From: a virus
Taxonomy: Duplodnaviria; Heunggongvirae; Uroviricota; Caudoviricetes
Strand: one strand, 5' to 3'
IMG/VR virus record: IMGVR_UViG_2579778564_000015
Span: 28,913 to 92,912 of that record
DNA: 64,000 nucleotides
The position numbers and the translations under genes were made by a program. Shown here in pieces: positions 28,591 to 39,140 of this stretch. The stretch's first letter is position 1, and the number at the start of each line of letters is the position of its first letter. The notes below the pieces were generated by a model. That model made no database searches. It was not told the origin of the DNA and saw only the letters and a program-made list of their open reading frames with translations.

Positions 28591-29733
28591 TTAAAGGTCT
28601 GCGAAATGGCTTAGAGTGTCTCGATCAACAGTAGAGTCAATCTGACCAACGAGATAGGTGCTTTGTTCTGCCTCCTGTGGAGCGATCTGCAAAGTATCGG
28701 ACAACAGCCATTTGTTCATCCATACCAGTGGATCGTCTTTTATTTCTGGGAAAAATGGCATAAGTCCAAGCCGGCGCATGGCCAGATTAGTTCGGTATTT
28801 TACATAGCTTTTGAGGATTTCTGCGTTTAAGCCGATCATGGAGCCGTTTTTAAAAAGATAGTCGGCCCAACGCATTTCCTGCTCCGCGACGTCCTTCATT
28901 GTCTGATACACGAAGCCTTCTTCTTCAATGGCAATTTGCTTCCATATCAAACCTTCCCGACCAGTGCGCATAAAGCGAATCATGCGCTCAGTACCTTCAC
29001 AGTGCAGCGCCTCATCACGCGCAATGAAACGCATAATTTTTGTATTGCCTTCCAGCAGTTTCCGCTCACCAAAAGCAAATGTACACGCAAAGCTCACATA
29101 AAAGCGGATCGCTTCCAGAGCATTTATGGAAACCAGCGTGCGGAACAATTGGCGCTGGAGAGAGTAGGGTTTACCGTCAAATTCGGATGCATAGAGACGC
29201 TCAAACTCATCTTCGCCAACGTACTGGCGGGCGCAGGTCATCTCATACAGTTTATCGTATTCACTGGAGATACTGATTGCTCGGCTGATAATCTCTTCGT
29301 CAGTAACGATCCCGTCGAACACAATGCTCGGATCATCAACCATACCGCGGATAATATGTGTATAGCTGCGGCTATGGATGGTTTCGGAGAAAGACCAGGT
29401 CTCCACCCATGTTTCCAGTTCCGGGATAGAAATAAGCGGAAGCAAAGTCGCATTAGGGCTGCGTCCTTGAACAGAATCAAGAAGTGTCTGATAACGCAAA
29501 TTGCTCAGAAAAATATGGCGCTCATGCTCTTGTAGCTTCGTGTTGAAGTCAATGCGATCGGTAGTTATGTCAACTTCTTCCGGACGCCAGAAGAAAGAAA
29601 GTTGCTTCTCGATTAGCTTTTCAAAGTCGCGGTACTTTTGCTGGTCGTAGCGTGCTACGTTTACGGACTGGCCTAGGAACATAGGTTCTTTCGTTGCGTC
29701 GTTGGCGCCCAAACGGAAAGTAGAATAGCTCAT
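28591..29733 (-). CDS. nrdB: ribonucleotide reductase beta subunit
   Basis: near-colinear identity blocks with E. coli NrdB ([33 protein letters not shown]). Confidence 0.85.
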   Translation of the reverse strand: MSYSTFRLGANDATKEPMFLGQSVNVARYDQQKYRDFEKLIEKQLSFFWRPEEVDITTDRIDFNTKLQEHERHIFLSNLRYQTLLDSVQGRSPNATLLPLISIPELETWVETWSFSETIHSRSYTHIIRGMVDDPSIVFDGIVTDEEIISRAISISSEYDKLYEMTCARQYVGEDEFERLYASEFDGKPYSLQRQLFRTLVSINALEAIRFYVSFACTFAFGERKLLEGNTKIMRFIARDEALHCEGTERMIRFMRTGREGLIWKQIAIEEEGFVYQTMKDVAEQEMRWADYLFKNGSMIGLNAEILKSYVKYRTNLAMRRLGLMPFFPEIKDDPLVWMNKWLLSDTLQIAPQEAEQSTYLVGQIDSTVDRDTLSHFADL

Positions 29734-29772
29734 TAGTTTACCTTTGATGTAATTGAATTGTTTTATTGATTT

Positions 29773-29804
29773 ATAAAACAAATTGTTATCTTATTTGGTT
29801 AAGC
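29773..29804 (-). promoter_or_regulatory. upstream motif A copy
   Basis: ataaaacaaattgttatcttatttggttaagc. Confidence 0.4.
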
Positions 29805-29828
29805 AAGGTATACAACGTTTTGAAAAGG

Positions 29829-29846
29829 TGGGGATTTCTCCCCACT
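29829..29846 (-). terminator. terminator hairpin after nrdA
   Basis: GTGGGGA-tttc-TCCCCAC with T-rich tail on minus strand. Confidence 0.5.
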
Positions 29847-29850
29847 CTAA

Positions 29851-32160
29851 TTAGATTTTGCAAGCGCCATCGCACTCATCTTCTGGCTCTACTACGTCAG
29901 CAGCAGAGAAGGATGCCAAATCATCTTCACGCTTACCTGCCCCATCACGCGTGTTGTGGTAATAAAGCGTCTTTACACCTTTCTGATACGCAAACAGCAG
30001 ATCTTCCAGTAGCTTCATCATTGGAACCTTATCGCCTGGGAAGCGAGTCGGGTCGTAGTTGGTGTTTGCAGAGATAGCCTGATCGAAGAACTTCTGAATG
30101 ATGGCCACCTTAGTCAGATAACCGCGGTTATCAGGCATATCCCACAGGTACTCGTACTGGTCTTTCAGTTGCGCGAAGTCCGGAACGACCATCTTCACTA
30201 TGCCGTCTTTGGAAGACTTCACTGACACCGGGCCGCGTGGTGGCTCAATACCATTGGTGGAGTTGGTGATCTGACTGGACGTCTCGCACGGCATTTGGGC
30301 GGTCAGAGTGGAGTTACGTAGACCATGCTCACAGATGCGACCACGCAGCTCTTCCCACGGCATTTTCAACTCGAAAGAAGTCTCCGGGTTGGCATCCAGC
30401 GTTTTGCGATAGTGGTCGACTGGCAACTGGCCCTGTGCATATTTGGTGTGGGAGAACCAGTCACATGCACCTTTTGCTTCGGCCAGTCGGCAGCTTGCAT
30501 CAAGCAGGTAATACTGAATGGCTTCGAAGGTCTCATGCACCAATTGGTTGCCAGCAGCGCCAGAATAGTTAAAGCCGTTCTTCGCCAGATAGTAGGCAAA
30601 GTTGGTCACGCCAATACCCAGACTACGACGTGCTTTAGCCGGGATTTCTGCAGCATCCATCGGGTAGTCCTGATAGTCGAGCAGAGAATCCAGCGCGGCT
30701 ACAGCATAGAACGCCACGTCTTTCAGCGAGTCCAGCGTGCGGATCGCGCCCAGGTTGAACGCAGACAGTGTGCAAAGCGCGATTTCACCGTTCGGATCGT
30801 CAGTGAACGCCAGTGGCTTTGTCGGCAGCGTGATCTCCATGCAAAGATTGGACTGGTGTACCGGTGCAATTTCCGGAACGAATGCGCCGTGATTGTTCAT
30901 GTGGTCTACGTTGGCAATATAAACGCGACCAGTAGAGGCGCGCTCCTGCATTAACGTAGAGAACAGGTCAACGGCCGGGATAGATTTCTTACGGATGCTC
31001 TCGTCAGCTTCATACTTCAGGTACAACTCTTCAAACTTGTCCTGATTAACAAAGAACGCGTCGTACAGAGCCGGTACATCATGTGGGCTGAACAGAGTAA
31101 CGTTTTCGTTGCGCACCAGGCGCCGATACATCAGACGGTTAATCATCACGCCATAGTCAAGATGACGAACACGGTTCTCTTCGATGCCACGGTTATTTTT
31201 CAGCACCAGCAGACTTTCAACTTCCAGATGCCAGATAGGATAGAACGCAGTAGCAGCGCCGCCGCGAACACCGCCCTGAGAACAGGATTTGACCGCCGTC
31301 TGGAAGTGCTTCAGGAATGGAATAACGCCAGTGTGGGTGGCCTCGCCATTGCGGATTTCACTACCCAGCGCACGCAGACGACCAAAACCTACCCCAATGC
31401 CTGCACGACGTGATACATAGTCGATGATTGCGGAGGAAGCGGCGCTAATTCCCTTTAGGCTATCTTCTGCTTCAATCAGTACACAACTGGAGAACTGGCG
31501 GGTAGGTGTACGCACACCTGCCATAATTGGGGTTGGCAAAGACAATTTGAATGTGCTGGTAACGTCATAAAATCCTTTGACCATTTCCAGGCGAGTTTTA
31601 CCTGCACAACCATCTTCCCAATTTTGAAAGAGACACATGCCTACCAACATATACAACTGTTGCGGCCCTTCGTAAATTTCGCCAGTTACACGGTTCTGAA
31701 CGAGATATTTGCTAGCAAGTTGTACGGTTGCGGCGTAACCAAAATACTCATCGCGCTTAGGCTTGATGTAAACGCCCAACTCTACAATCTCTTCTGGAGT
31801 GTAGAATTTGAGGAGATCTTCATCGTAAACGCCACGGCTCACGTTGCTCACGATGTGGTTATAAAAATTTGGATATTCGTACTGACCGAAGGCGTCTTTG
31901 CGAAGTTTGAACAAGTTCAAACGAGCGGCGACATTGGAGTAGTTTGGTGTTTCTGGGGAGATCAGATCAGCGGCAGACTTCACCAGTGCTTCGTGTAATT
32001 GGCAGGTAGTCATTCCGTCAAAAATGCTTGCAGCGGCGCCCATAGCGATTGCAGAAGCGCTAACGTTGCGAATGTTTTCCACTCCCCACATAACAACACG
32101 ATTGTATTTTTCCTCAGACAACGGTTCTATAGAGCCGTCACGTTTTATGATGCTTATCAT
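29851..32160 (-). CDS. nrdA: ribonucleotide reductase alpha subunit
   Basis: 769 aa, KRDG N-terminus, class Ia NrdA-like throughout. Confidence 0.9.
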   Translation of the reverse strand: MISIIKRDGSIEPLSEEKYNRVVMWGVENIRNVSASAIAMGAAASIFDGMTTCQLHEALVKSAADLISPETPNYSNVAARLNLFKLRKDAFGQYEYPNFYNHIVSNVSRGVYDEDLLKFYTPEEIVELGVYIKPKRDEYFGYAATVQLASKYLVQNRVTGEIYEGPQQLYMLVGMCLFQNWEDGCAGKTRLEMVKGFYDVTSTFKLSLPTPIMAGVRTPTRQFSSCVLIEAEDSLKGISAASSAIIDYVSRRAGIGVGFGRLRALGSEIRNGEATHTGVIPFLKHFQTAVKSCSQGGVRGGAATAFYPIWHLEVESLLVLKNNRGIEENRVRHLDYGVMINRLMYRRLVRNENVTLFSPHDVPALYDAFFVNQDKFEELYLKYEADESIRKKSIPAVDLFSTLMQERASTGRVYIANVDHMNNHGAFVPEIAPVHQSNLCMEITLPTKPLAFTDDPNGEIALCTLSAFNLGAIRTLDSLKDVAFYAVAALDSLLDYQDYPMDAAEIPAKARRSLGIGVTNFAYYLAKNGFNYSGAAGNQLVHETFEAIQYYLLDASCRLAEAKGACDWFSHTKYAQGQLPVDHYRKTLDANPETSFELKMPWEELRGRICEHGLRNSTLTAQMPCETSSQITNSTNGIEPPRGPVSVKSSKDGIVKMVVPDFAQLKDQYEYLWDMPDNRGYLTKVAIIQKFFDQAISANTNYDPTRFPGDKVPMMKLLEDLLFAYQKGVKTLYYHNTRDGAGKREDDLASFSAADVVEPEDECDGACKI

Positions 32161-32237
32161 GTATTACCCGATTTAAAAGGCCACTAGATGTAGTGGCCTC
32201 ATGTTAATAGATAAGCACCTACCTATCAATGCGGGGA

Positions 32238-32807
32238 TTATAAAATTCCTGCAAGAACATCTCGCACCTGACGGAATTGATCAGTCTGCATACCGGTATA
32301 AATCGACGCGACTGCGTCAGCAAGATGCTCATTCTTGTTCACTAGCACTTCCTTTCCTGATTGCTTCCGGCGCAACCACGGTGCGTTTGGTTGCTTCTGC
32401 GTAGCCCACTGGATGATCTCTTCCTTCGACGTGGTTAGCTTATTCCCTACATAGTGCTTAATCTCATTTGGCGTAACCTGAATCAAAGGTTTGTCTACGC
32501 ACGCCAGTACACCAATGCAGATGCCATAGGAGGTTTGAGCGCGACTGGACTGGCTACCTACCGGAAGTTCACAGAAAACCATATGAGCCTGCTCGATAAT
32601 GGGTTTAGCTGTTCGCCATATTTCATTGGCGCGGCGTAGATCATCGCTATTCACGCGAACTGTCTTCTTGTTACCGCCTGCTTTGGTTTCCACCAGCGCC
32701 AGCTCGTAAATATCCAATTTATTCGTTTCCAGATCCAGTGTTCCCATTGCCAGGCCAAAGTTGCTCATTGAAGGGTCGACACCGACTACCCGTATGGTTT
32801 TACTCAT
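32238..32807 (-). CDS. RuvC-like Holliday junction resolvase
   Basis: VVGVDPS (Asp), CELPVG (Glu), NEHLADA acidic motif in RuvC order. Confidence 0.5.
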   Translation of the reverse strand: MSKTIRVVGVDPSMSNFGLAMGTLDLETNKLDIYELALVETKAGGNKKTVRVNSDDLRRANEIWRTAKPIIEQAHMVFCELPVGSQSSRAQTSYGICIGVLACVDKPLIQVTPNEIKHYVGNKLTTSKEEIIQWATQKQPNAPWLRRKQSGKEVLVNKNEHLADAVASIYTGMQTDQFRQVRDVLAGIL

Positions 32808-32818
32808 TTTTAGTCTCC

Positions 32819-33559
32819 TTACCATGTTGCCCATATCGGGCATTCCATTAATTTCTGTTCGAGTGTTTTCTCGTGTGTTTGGCGAACATGAACACTATTT
32901 ATCTTGCTAACGTCGTCGTACACCAGTGTACAAGACGAGAAATCATTGTCGATCATAGTCTGCCCAATGAAGTTACGTATGATATGTATTAGTTTGTTAG
33001 CCGCTTTTTTATCAAAGATAAATACATGGGGAAGAGTGACTTCAATCATGGCTACATCATCTTTATCACACCCGAAAACAAGTTTAACTCGCTCAGAAAG
33101 TGGGGAGTATGGAGAGCGCTCGATACCGAAGTGACTAAATGCTGAACCAGATGCTGTAATCTGATTGGCGCTCATGTTGACACGTCGAATAAGGTTAGTG
33201 AAAGCTGTATTGATATGTGCTTCCATAGCTCCGTAGAGAGCATTCTCTTCGATGTTCAAATCACTCGTTTCTGGATTAACCACAAATCCTGGACCAGAGT
33301 GCGGAAGATAGCCGCCTTCCGCAAACGGATTAATCAGGATTGGTGCCGTGCTTCCTGGCGGCATAGATTTTAGATTTGGCATCAACGGGGTCTCGGACAG
33401 CAGGCGAATCAGTAGCGCAAACTGATCAGTCAGAATATTTTTGTTGCATACCGCAAGACCTGGCGCTGCTCCTTCAGCGGTATAGCTGTTAATCAGATTG
33501 ATTGACTGCATCACGGCAAACATCTGCAAAAACTGCTGACGACTCAAGTTAAACGACAT
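32819..33559 (-). CDS. hypothetical protein
   Basis: start at M9 of track ORF. Confidence 0.45.
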   Translation of the reverse strand: MSFNLSRQQFLQMFAVMQSINLINSYTAEGAAPGLAVCNKNILTDQFALLIRLLSETPLMPNLKSMPPGSTAPILINPFAEGGYLPHSGPGFVVNPETSDLNIEENALYGAMEAHINTAFTNLIRRVNMSANQITASGSAFSHFGIERSPYSPLSERVKLVFGCDKDDVAMIEVTLPHVFIFDKKAANKLIHIIRNFIGQTMIDNDFSSCTLVYDDVSKINSVHVRQTHEKTLEQKLMECPIWATW

Positions 33560-35465
33560 AGCTACGACCCTCTTTAACTTCAACAGTAATAGTTTCCCTG
33601 AACCACGATTTCATCTCTTTGTGGGAAATGATCATCACTGTCCCGCGTTCGCGTGCTTTTGCTTCCAGAATCCCCATGAGACGCTCCAGACCAGCAGTAT
33701 CCAGAGCATCATCAATCTCATCGCCGATAAATAACTCGATACTCTTGCTAGCGCGACTAGCAACCAGATCCTGCAAGGCAAGAGAGCACGCAATACGCAC
33801 CTTACGCTTCTCACCACCAGACAAAGTCTGGAAGGATTTACTGGAGCCTGTTTTGCTTACGCAGATATTGAACTTGTCTCGATATTCACCTTTTTTGGTG
33901 GCTTCCATTGTTGACCATTCGGCAATGATGTTCCCGTCAGAAAGGGTATTGAGATATTCCGCAGTCCTGATATTCAGGAACGGTGTCACAGAAGTCAGGA
34001 TATGAGAACGCACCCCAGCAGGGGAGTAAACCTGTCTAGCCTTATCCAGTAGCAAAGCTTGTTCTTGTATATTCTTTAACTCAGTTTTAAGTACACCATA
34101 GTTAGATTTATTGGCAGCCAGGCTTTCCTCATGGCGTTTGATAACAGCCAAAAATGGGTTAGTTTCTTTGGTAATGCGATTCACTTCGCTTCTCGCCTTG
34201 GCAACCATAGCTTCTACAGCCACAACTTCTTTTTCCCGATGACGAAGCGTACCCAGCTCTTTAGTCAGTTGTTCGATTCTGGAAATAATGGCAGACACAT
34301 CTGGTGTGCCGGCGACAAGTGATGATTCAATTTTGAGGGCCTTCTCAAGATGCTCTTGGTATTTAGCCACTGACGTTACAGATGCCTGCGCTTGGCAAAT
34401 CTCACTGCGCGCTTGTTCAACAAAACTCTCCTTCACGGTAGACAGATCTTCAACACAATAAGCCTTGCCACAGGTAGGGCATGGCTCACCGACTTTAGTA
34501 TTAACTTCTTCCGCTTTCATCTTGAATGCGCGGGCACGTTGCATCGCTTCCTTCTGGATGTTTTCGGTAACGCGGATGCTGGCGCGAATATCAGTGATCG
34601 CCCCGCGAACCTTAACCAGCTTGGCATCGTGCTCTTCTTTGGACGAAAGTTTTTCCCGCTCTTTATCGATTGCATTTTCAGTATCGCGGATCTGCTCAGG
34701 AAGACTGCGTAACTCCATTTCTACCTCAGTGAGCGTGACTTCTGCCCCAACCAGATCAGCACGAGCGACGTCAAGTCGTTTGCCGCGGTCTCGCTCCCAT
34801 GCTTCAGATGAGGTTTTGGCAGACTCCAGCTCATTCTGGGACGATTCGATCAGAGACAAGCAGGCGCCCATCTTGGTTTTAGTGGTCTCCATTCGTGCGG
34901 CAGCGGCGTTGGCTCGTTCGCGAGCAATCGCGTAGGCTTTGGTAAGACGATCGACGCCTGCAGCTTCTTCTACAATAGTTTTGAGATTTTTATCAGACAT
35001 ACCAGGCAAATCAGGCATCGCCTCCTGGCTGGCATAGATAGAGGCCATAAATACTTCTTTCGACGCACCGATCAACCGCTCTACAAACTCTTGCGTCAGC
35101 GTGTCCTTACCTTTTGTCATGTCGCCGTCTTCACCACGAACGATCAACCTGTTTTTGAATTCCTTATGTTTGCGATGACGTATGATGGCGTATCGCTTTC
35201 CCTCATCCTCAATAGTCACCATCACTCGACAATTTTTTTCATGGCCCGTAGACAGAACATCGTCCCCTTTAACACCATGCGCAGTTTCGCCATAAAGACA
35301 CCACATCAAGCTGTTCATAAGAGTGGATTTGCCAGCGCCATTACTGGCGGCAGATGAATCGCCACTATTAATACCTTGTATTAGCACAAGCCCACGCTGA
35401 TCTAATTCGATATCGGCGTTAGCCAACGCCATAAAGTTTTCCACCTGGAGCTTTAGAAATTTCAT
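33549..35465 (-). CDS. sbcC: SbcC/Rad50-like ATPase
   Basis: Walker A NGAGKST, coiled coil, CPTCGK zinc hook, signature LSGGE + DEID. Confidence 0.8.
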   Translation of the reverse strand: MKFLKLQVENFMALANADIELDQRGLVLIQGINSGDSSAASNGAGKSTLMNSLMWCLYGETAHGVKGDDVLSTGHEKNCRVMVTIEDEGKRYAIIRHRKHKEFKNRLIVRGEDGDMTKGKDTLTQEFVERLIGASKEVFMASIYASQEAMPDLPGMSDKNLKTIVEEAAGVDRLTKAYAIARERANAAAARMETTKTKMGACLSLIESSQNELESAKTSSEAWERDRGKRLDVARADLVGAEVTLTEVEMELRSLPEQIRDTENAIDKEREKLSSKEEHDAKLVKVRGAITDIRASIRVTENIQKEAMQRARAFKMKAEEVNTKVGEPCPTCGKAYCVEDLSTVKESFVEQARSEICQAQASVTSVAKYQEHLEKALKIESSLVAGTPDVSAIISRIEQLTKELGTLRHREKEVVAVEAMVAKARSEVNRITKETNPFLAVIKRHEESLAANKSNYGVLKTELKNIQEQALLLDKARQVYSPAGVRSHILTSVTPFLNIRTAEYLNTLSDGNIIAEWSTMEATKKGEYRDKFNICVSKTGSSKSFQTLSGGEKRKVRIACSLALQDLVASRASKSIELFIGDEIDDALDTAGLERLMGILEAKARERGTVMIISHKEMKSWFRETITVEVKEGRSYVV

Positions 35466-35740
35466 ACGACTCCTCTAATTTTGTGTGTCAGTTCCTGACC
35501 GCTTCTTAGTCTGAACTCCGTATGAGCCGGAAATGATCTACGATTCAAAACACCGACGTCAGAAAGTCGCCCAAGATAAAATGCTACGGGGTTACCGGTT
35601 GGAGGATAAGGTTTGTGGAACATGACCGTCTGACCTCGTTCAAGTCTTCTCATCGTGGAGATGAAGTCCCGAAATCTTCCAGAATTGGTCGTATTCACAC
35701 TGCCTCCGCACTTTCCGCTTCTGTCAGGATTTCCTGACAC
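35462..35740 (-). CDS. small hypothetical protein
   Basis: 92-aa ORF between sbcD and sbcC, overlaps sbcD 3' end. Confidence 0.3.
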   Translation of the reverse strand: MSGNPDRSGKCGGSVNTTNSGRFRDFISTMRRLERGQTVMFHKPYPPTGNPVAFYLGRLSDVGVLNRRSFPAHTEFRLRSGQELTHKIRGVV

Positions 35741-36780
35741 AGCATATCCAACCTGCTCAGGTCGAAGCCGCCGTCAGTGTCGTGAATGATCTTGCAGTAC
35801 GCGGCGACGGACTCGCCCAGGCTGTCTATTTTGCTGGTCTCCGCAGTACTGGCAGTGCCTTCCATCATCGATGCCTTGCGGATAAAGTTGCAGACGACTC
35901 CCTTCGCGCCCATTGTTTTCAGGACGTTCTTGAGTTTGATGCCTTCTTCATCGCTCTCAACAACGGCACGGAAGCGCACGTAGTTACCGCGGATTTGATC
36001 GTCTTCCACATCGTCCTCAAGGTTCACGAACTTGGGTGCGGAGGTTTCGTGGTGGGTGAATGTGCCGTCAGGGTTGACAATCATGAAGCCAGCCAGCGAG
36101 CCTACATCTCCCCAATTCTGGTGTGTCAGAGCGCCGATACTCACGACGCCAGGCAGCACCTCTTTGTGGTTGTGGTAATGCCCGGACAGCAGCAGGCGAA
36201 AGCCAATGTCTTTCAGTTCTTGCGCGTCTATGCCCACATCAGGCATGGTTGGAATGGCTTTGTTGATCGAGGTATGCACTACAACGTCATGCTTTCCGTC
36301 GTCCAGACCAGACCGCAGCGTCTTCAGGTCGCTAATCAGTTCCGCGTGGTTGTTTCGCCAGCTCACCATATGGACTGAAACATCGCCCATTTTGATGGTA
36401 TGGGGGCGTTTGCCGCAGACGATTTCCACCCCAATCGAGCGCAAAGATGCCGCGGCGTTAGCGCTGTAAACGGAGTCATTTGTTTCAAGGTCGTGATTGC
36501 CCGCCAACATAGCTACTTTGAGGCCAAGCTCTTTGATAATCCATTCGTATGTTTCCGTGACGAAATGCAGAACAGAAGGCGATACGGCGCCACGAACATG
36601 AAACGTATCGCCAGCCACCAACATGTACTTGCAACCGGCCGCTTTCATGGCTTTCGCAGCTTCTTTGGTGGCGTCGAGTTGAATCTCCAGTCTGGAGTTC
36701 AAGCCGTCAGCGTTTGTTGTCGCGAAAGCATCCCAACGATGATAATGGGGATCTGAAATTACCCCGTATGGAACAGTCAT
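35695..36780 (-). CDS. sbcD: SbcD/Mre11-like nuclease
   Basis: MTVPYGVISDPHYH phosphoesterase motif I; AAGGA RBS at M33 start. Confidence 0.8.
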   Translation of the reverse strand: MTVPYGVISDPHYHRWDAFATTNADGLNSRLEIQLDATKEAAKAMKAAGCKYMLVAGDTFHVRGAVSPSVLHFVTETYEWIIKELGLKVAMLAGNHDLETNDSVYSANAAASLRSIGVEIVCGKRPHTIKMGDVSVHMVSWRNNHAELISDLKTLRSGLDDGKHDVVVHTSINKAIPTMPDVGIDAQELKDIGFRLLLSGHYHNHKEVLPGVVSIGALTHQNWGDVGSLAGFMIVNPDGTFTHHETSAPKFVNLEDDVEDDQIRGNYVRFRAVVESDEEGIKLKNVLKTMGAKGVVCNFIRKASMMEGTASTAETSKIDSLGESVAAYCKIIHDTDGGFDLSRLDMLCQEILTEAESAEAV

Positions 36781-36894
36781 ATGTTTTTCCTTCGTGCTCA
36801 TTTTGATACAGATTTTATGCGTGCTTGTGAGGCGAACAATCCAGACAGCAAGACGATAAAGGAAATGTAGAGGCATATGATTATGACAAATAAT

Positions 36895-36920
36895 ATAAGT
36901 AATTACATACTTATTTTATG
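36895..36920 (-). promoter_or_regulatory. upstream motif B copy
   Basis: ataagtaattacatacttattttatg. Confidence 0.4.
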
Positions 36921-37076
36921 AGGTTGCAGGTATTGTCTGCATAAGCATTGTGAGAAGTGGGGCGTAGATTTTGCTGTTACAGGTGGTCGAATTGTCACCA
37001 GAGACTATCTTTAAATCTCCAGAGCGCCACTGTAATGGGCGCTAACTTTTACTTGGGCAAATACTCGCTAAACCAC

Positions 37077-37730
37077 TTATTTTTCTGCTAGTGGCTTCTG
37101 ACGCGCTGTGTTGATATCAATTACCCCAGCTTTTGGACGAGAGTCGACAAGATCTAATTCTTCAGCACTGTGATACTCCATATCGAACTCCCGATCAACA
37201 TGGCGGATGTATATGGCTGTGAGAAGGCTATCATCATTCAGGAAATGTCCGTAGGATTTGCGGATCACTTCGCCAACCTTCTCGATCTTCTCTCCGCCCA
37301 TGCAGAGATGGTTAAACCGGCTGTGTTTCCGTAGCATCTCATCCACCGGGCCGGAGTAAACTTTATCGACTCTACCGAACCGGATGATACTTCCTCTTTC
37401 AGCTTCGACCAGACAAACGAGCTTGCCAGGTTCAACTCTTTCTTTCCACGTAACACCAGAACGAAGCGTGTTGAAGTAGGGGGCGTCTAATCCGATGATC
37501 GGTTTGCGAAATGTCAGCAGCGGAACATATCTGACGCAACTGTTAAGGTGGAAGTGTGCGCCGGCATTATGAAGCTTTAAGCGGGCCTCATTAATTGGGC
37601 ATTTCGATGCGATACCACAAAGGTCACAGAGTAATTTCTGTTTGTTAAGGGTGCCGTTCGACTCGATGGTGTAAGAACCATCCTCAAGACGGCGAACCCA
37701 GCGCGTGCGTTTTAAATCCATGTTTGTCAT
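37077..37730 (-). CDS. hypothetical Cys/His-containing protein
   Basis: start at M63 of track ORF; divergent from repA. Confidence 0.45.
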   Translation of the reverse strand: MTNMDLKRTRWVRRLEDGSYTIESNGTLNKQKLLCDLCGIASKCPINEARLKLHNAGAHFHLNSCVRYVPLLTFRKPIIGLDAPYFNTLRSGVTWKERVEPGKLVCLVEAERGSIIRFGRVDKVYSGPVDEMLRKHSRFNHLCMGGEKIEKVGEVIRKSYGHFLNDDSLLTAIYIRHVDREFDMEYHSAEELDLVDSRPKAGVIDINTARQKPLAEK

Positions 37731-37798
37731 TCTGCTCGTTATTGTCTTGGATACGATACCGCACAAGGTATACAGATTTTCGTAAATGCCTGTTTTAC

Positions 37799-37816
37799 TT
37801 ATCCACATTATCCACT
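37799..37816. promoter_or_regulatory. tandem DnaA boxes
   Basis: TTATCCACA + TTATCCACT. Confidence 0.6.
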
Positions 37817-37819
37817 GGA

Positions 37820-37880
37820 TAGATCCTAATAATAAGATCCCTATAGAGATCCATAAATAGATCCTAATAGATCCCCGATC
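37820..37880. promoter_or_regulatory. GATC-heptamer cluster (5 x (A/T)AGATCC, 6 GATC sites)
   Basis: GATC at 37822,37836,37848,37860,37870,37877. Confidence 0.6.
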
Positions 37881-37921
37881 GCTGTAAGCCGCGCCGTGAC
37901 TGGTCTGAGAGAGCATTCGTG

Positions 37922-38023
37922 TATGCTGTCAGCGGTAAAAGATAGTCTGTCAGCGGCAAGCAATATGCTGTTGTCTGTTTTTTGTAGGCTGTCAGCGGTA
38001 AATAACGTATGCTGTCAGCGGTT
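37922..38023 (+). repeat. origin iterons (4-5 x TATGCTGTCAGCGGTA)
   Basis: 16-bp direct repeats at 37922,37943,37985,38008 plus one degenerate. Confidence 0.7.
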
Positions 38024-38042
38024 GAACGAGAAAGGTATCCAC

Positions 38043-39140
38043 ATGTCCACAAAAAATAAAAAAGGCAACAGTAACAAAGAAGTAGAAGATAACCTCGACA
38101 ACTTTGAAGAAGATTCTCTCGAATTGTACACAGGGGATCTTGTACCCAATAATAATAACACGGTGCAGCCTATCGCCCTGATGAGGCTTGGTCTGTTCGT
38201 TCCAACGTTAAAGGGGACTAAACACAGCAAACGTAACAGACCAAACGAGATTGATGCTTCAAAGGAGCTTGTCCAGCTAGAAGTTGCTCGTTCAGAGGGT
38301 TACTCCGATATTAAGATAACAGGTCCGCGCTTGGATATGGATCATGATTTTAAAACGTGGGTCGGTGTTGTACGTTCGCTGGCTGAATACGGAGAGGCTA
38401 GTGGGCGTGTTGAGTTAAGTATCACTAAGTTCGCAAAATTTTGTGGCTACCCATCGTCACAAATTAGAAAAACTCTTCGGGACAGACTTACAAACAGTCT
38501 CCTGAAAATTATGCGTACCACATTGTCTTTTCAGCGCACATATGAAGAAAAGAACGTAGATGGCTCAAATAAGATCTCACTTCTGATGGTTCACCTCGTC
38601 AATAGCGTGGACTACAACGAGCAGAAAGACACGGTCGTTTTTTATGCCGAACCTAAGCTTGCAGAACTGTATCGCTTCGACCATAAGGTTCTACTCCAGT
38701 TGAAGGTCATTAATAAACTTCCACGCAAAGAAACGGCACAGGCGCTGTATACGTTCATCGAAAGTCTTCCAGCCAAACCTGCACCGGTTTCTCTCGCTCG
38801 TCTGCGAGCACGACTAAATCTGAGTAGTAGAAACGTCAGTTCGCAGAACCAGACCATACGCAACGGCTTAAAATCTCTCAAAGAGCTTGGTTATCTGGAC
38901 TACAGCGAGATTAAGCGCGGACGCTCGATCTACATTCAGATCCACAGTCGCAACCCGAAACTAAAAGTCGCTTCCGTGAAACCAGAAGGCATCGGAGAGC
39001 TAGACAAACCGACTGAAAAGAGAGGGGAAATCGATGCGAAACAGAATCTTGTCAATAAGATAACCGAGCTGTCGCAAAATCTGACGCCGGAAAACATCAA
39101 GCTGATAGAGATACTCACAAATAGTCTTAAACTGCTTTGA
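38043..39140 (+). CDS. repA: plasmid replication initiator (iteron-binding RepA)
   Basis: 365 aa from ATG 38043, flanked by iteron arrays; winged-helix initiator-like (inference). Confidence 0.65.
   Translation: MSTKNKKGNSNKEVEDNLDNFEEDSLELYTGDLVPNNNNTVQPIALMRLGLFVPTLKGTKHSKRNRPNEIDASKELVQLEVARSEGYSDIKITGPRLDMDHDFKTWVGVVRSLAEYGEASGRVELSITKFAKFCGYPSSQIRKTLRDRLTNSLLKIMRTTLSFQRTYEEKNVDGSNKISLLMVHLVNSVDYNEQKDTVVFYAEPKLAELYRFDHKVLLQLKVINKLPRKETAQALYTFIESLPAKPAPVSLARLRARLNLSSRNVSSQNQTIRNGLKSLKELGYLDYSEIKRGRSIYIQIHSRNPKLKVASVKPEGIGELDKPTEKRGEIDAKQNLVNKITELSQNLTPENIKLIEILTNSLKLL

Noticed and set aside
29040-31413. Plus-strand ORFs inside nrdB and nrdA (e.g. 28936..29535, 30325..30954, 31081..31413)
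   Set aside because: They are antisense to strongly supported genes.
36781-36876. N-terminal 32-aa extension of the sbcD ORF (MPLHF...)
   Set aside because: There is no RBS at 36876, whereas AAGGA lies 7 nt before M33 (36780), which begins the canonical DxH phosphoesterase motif.
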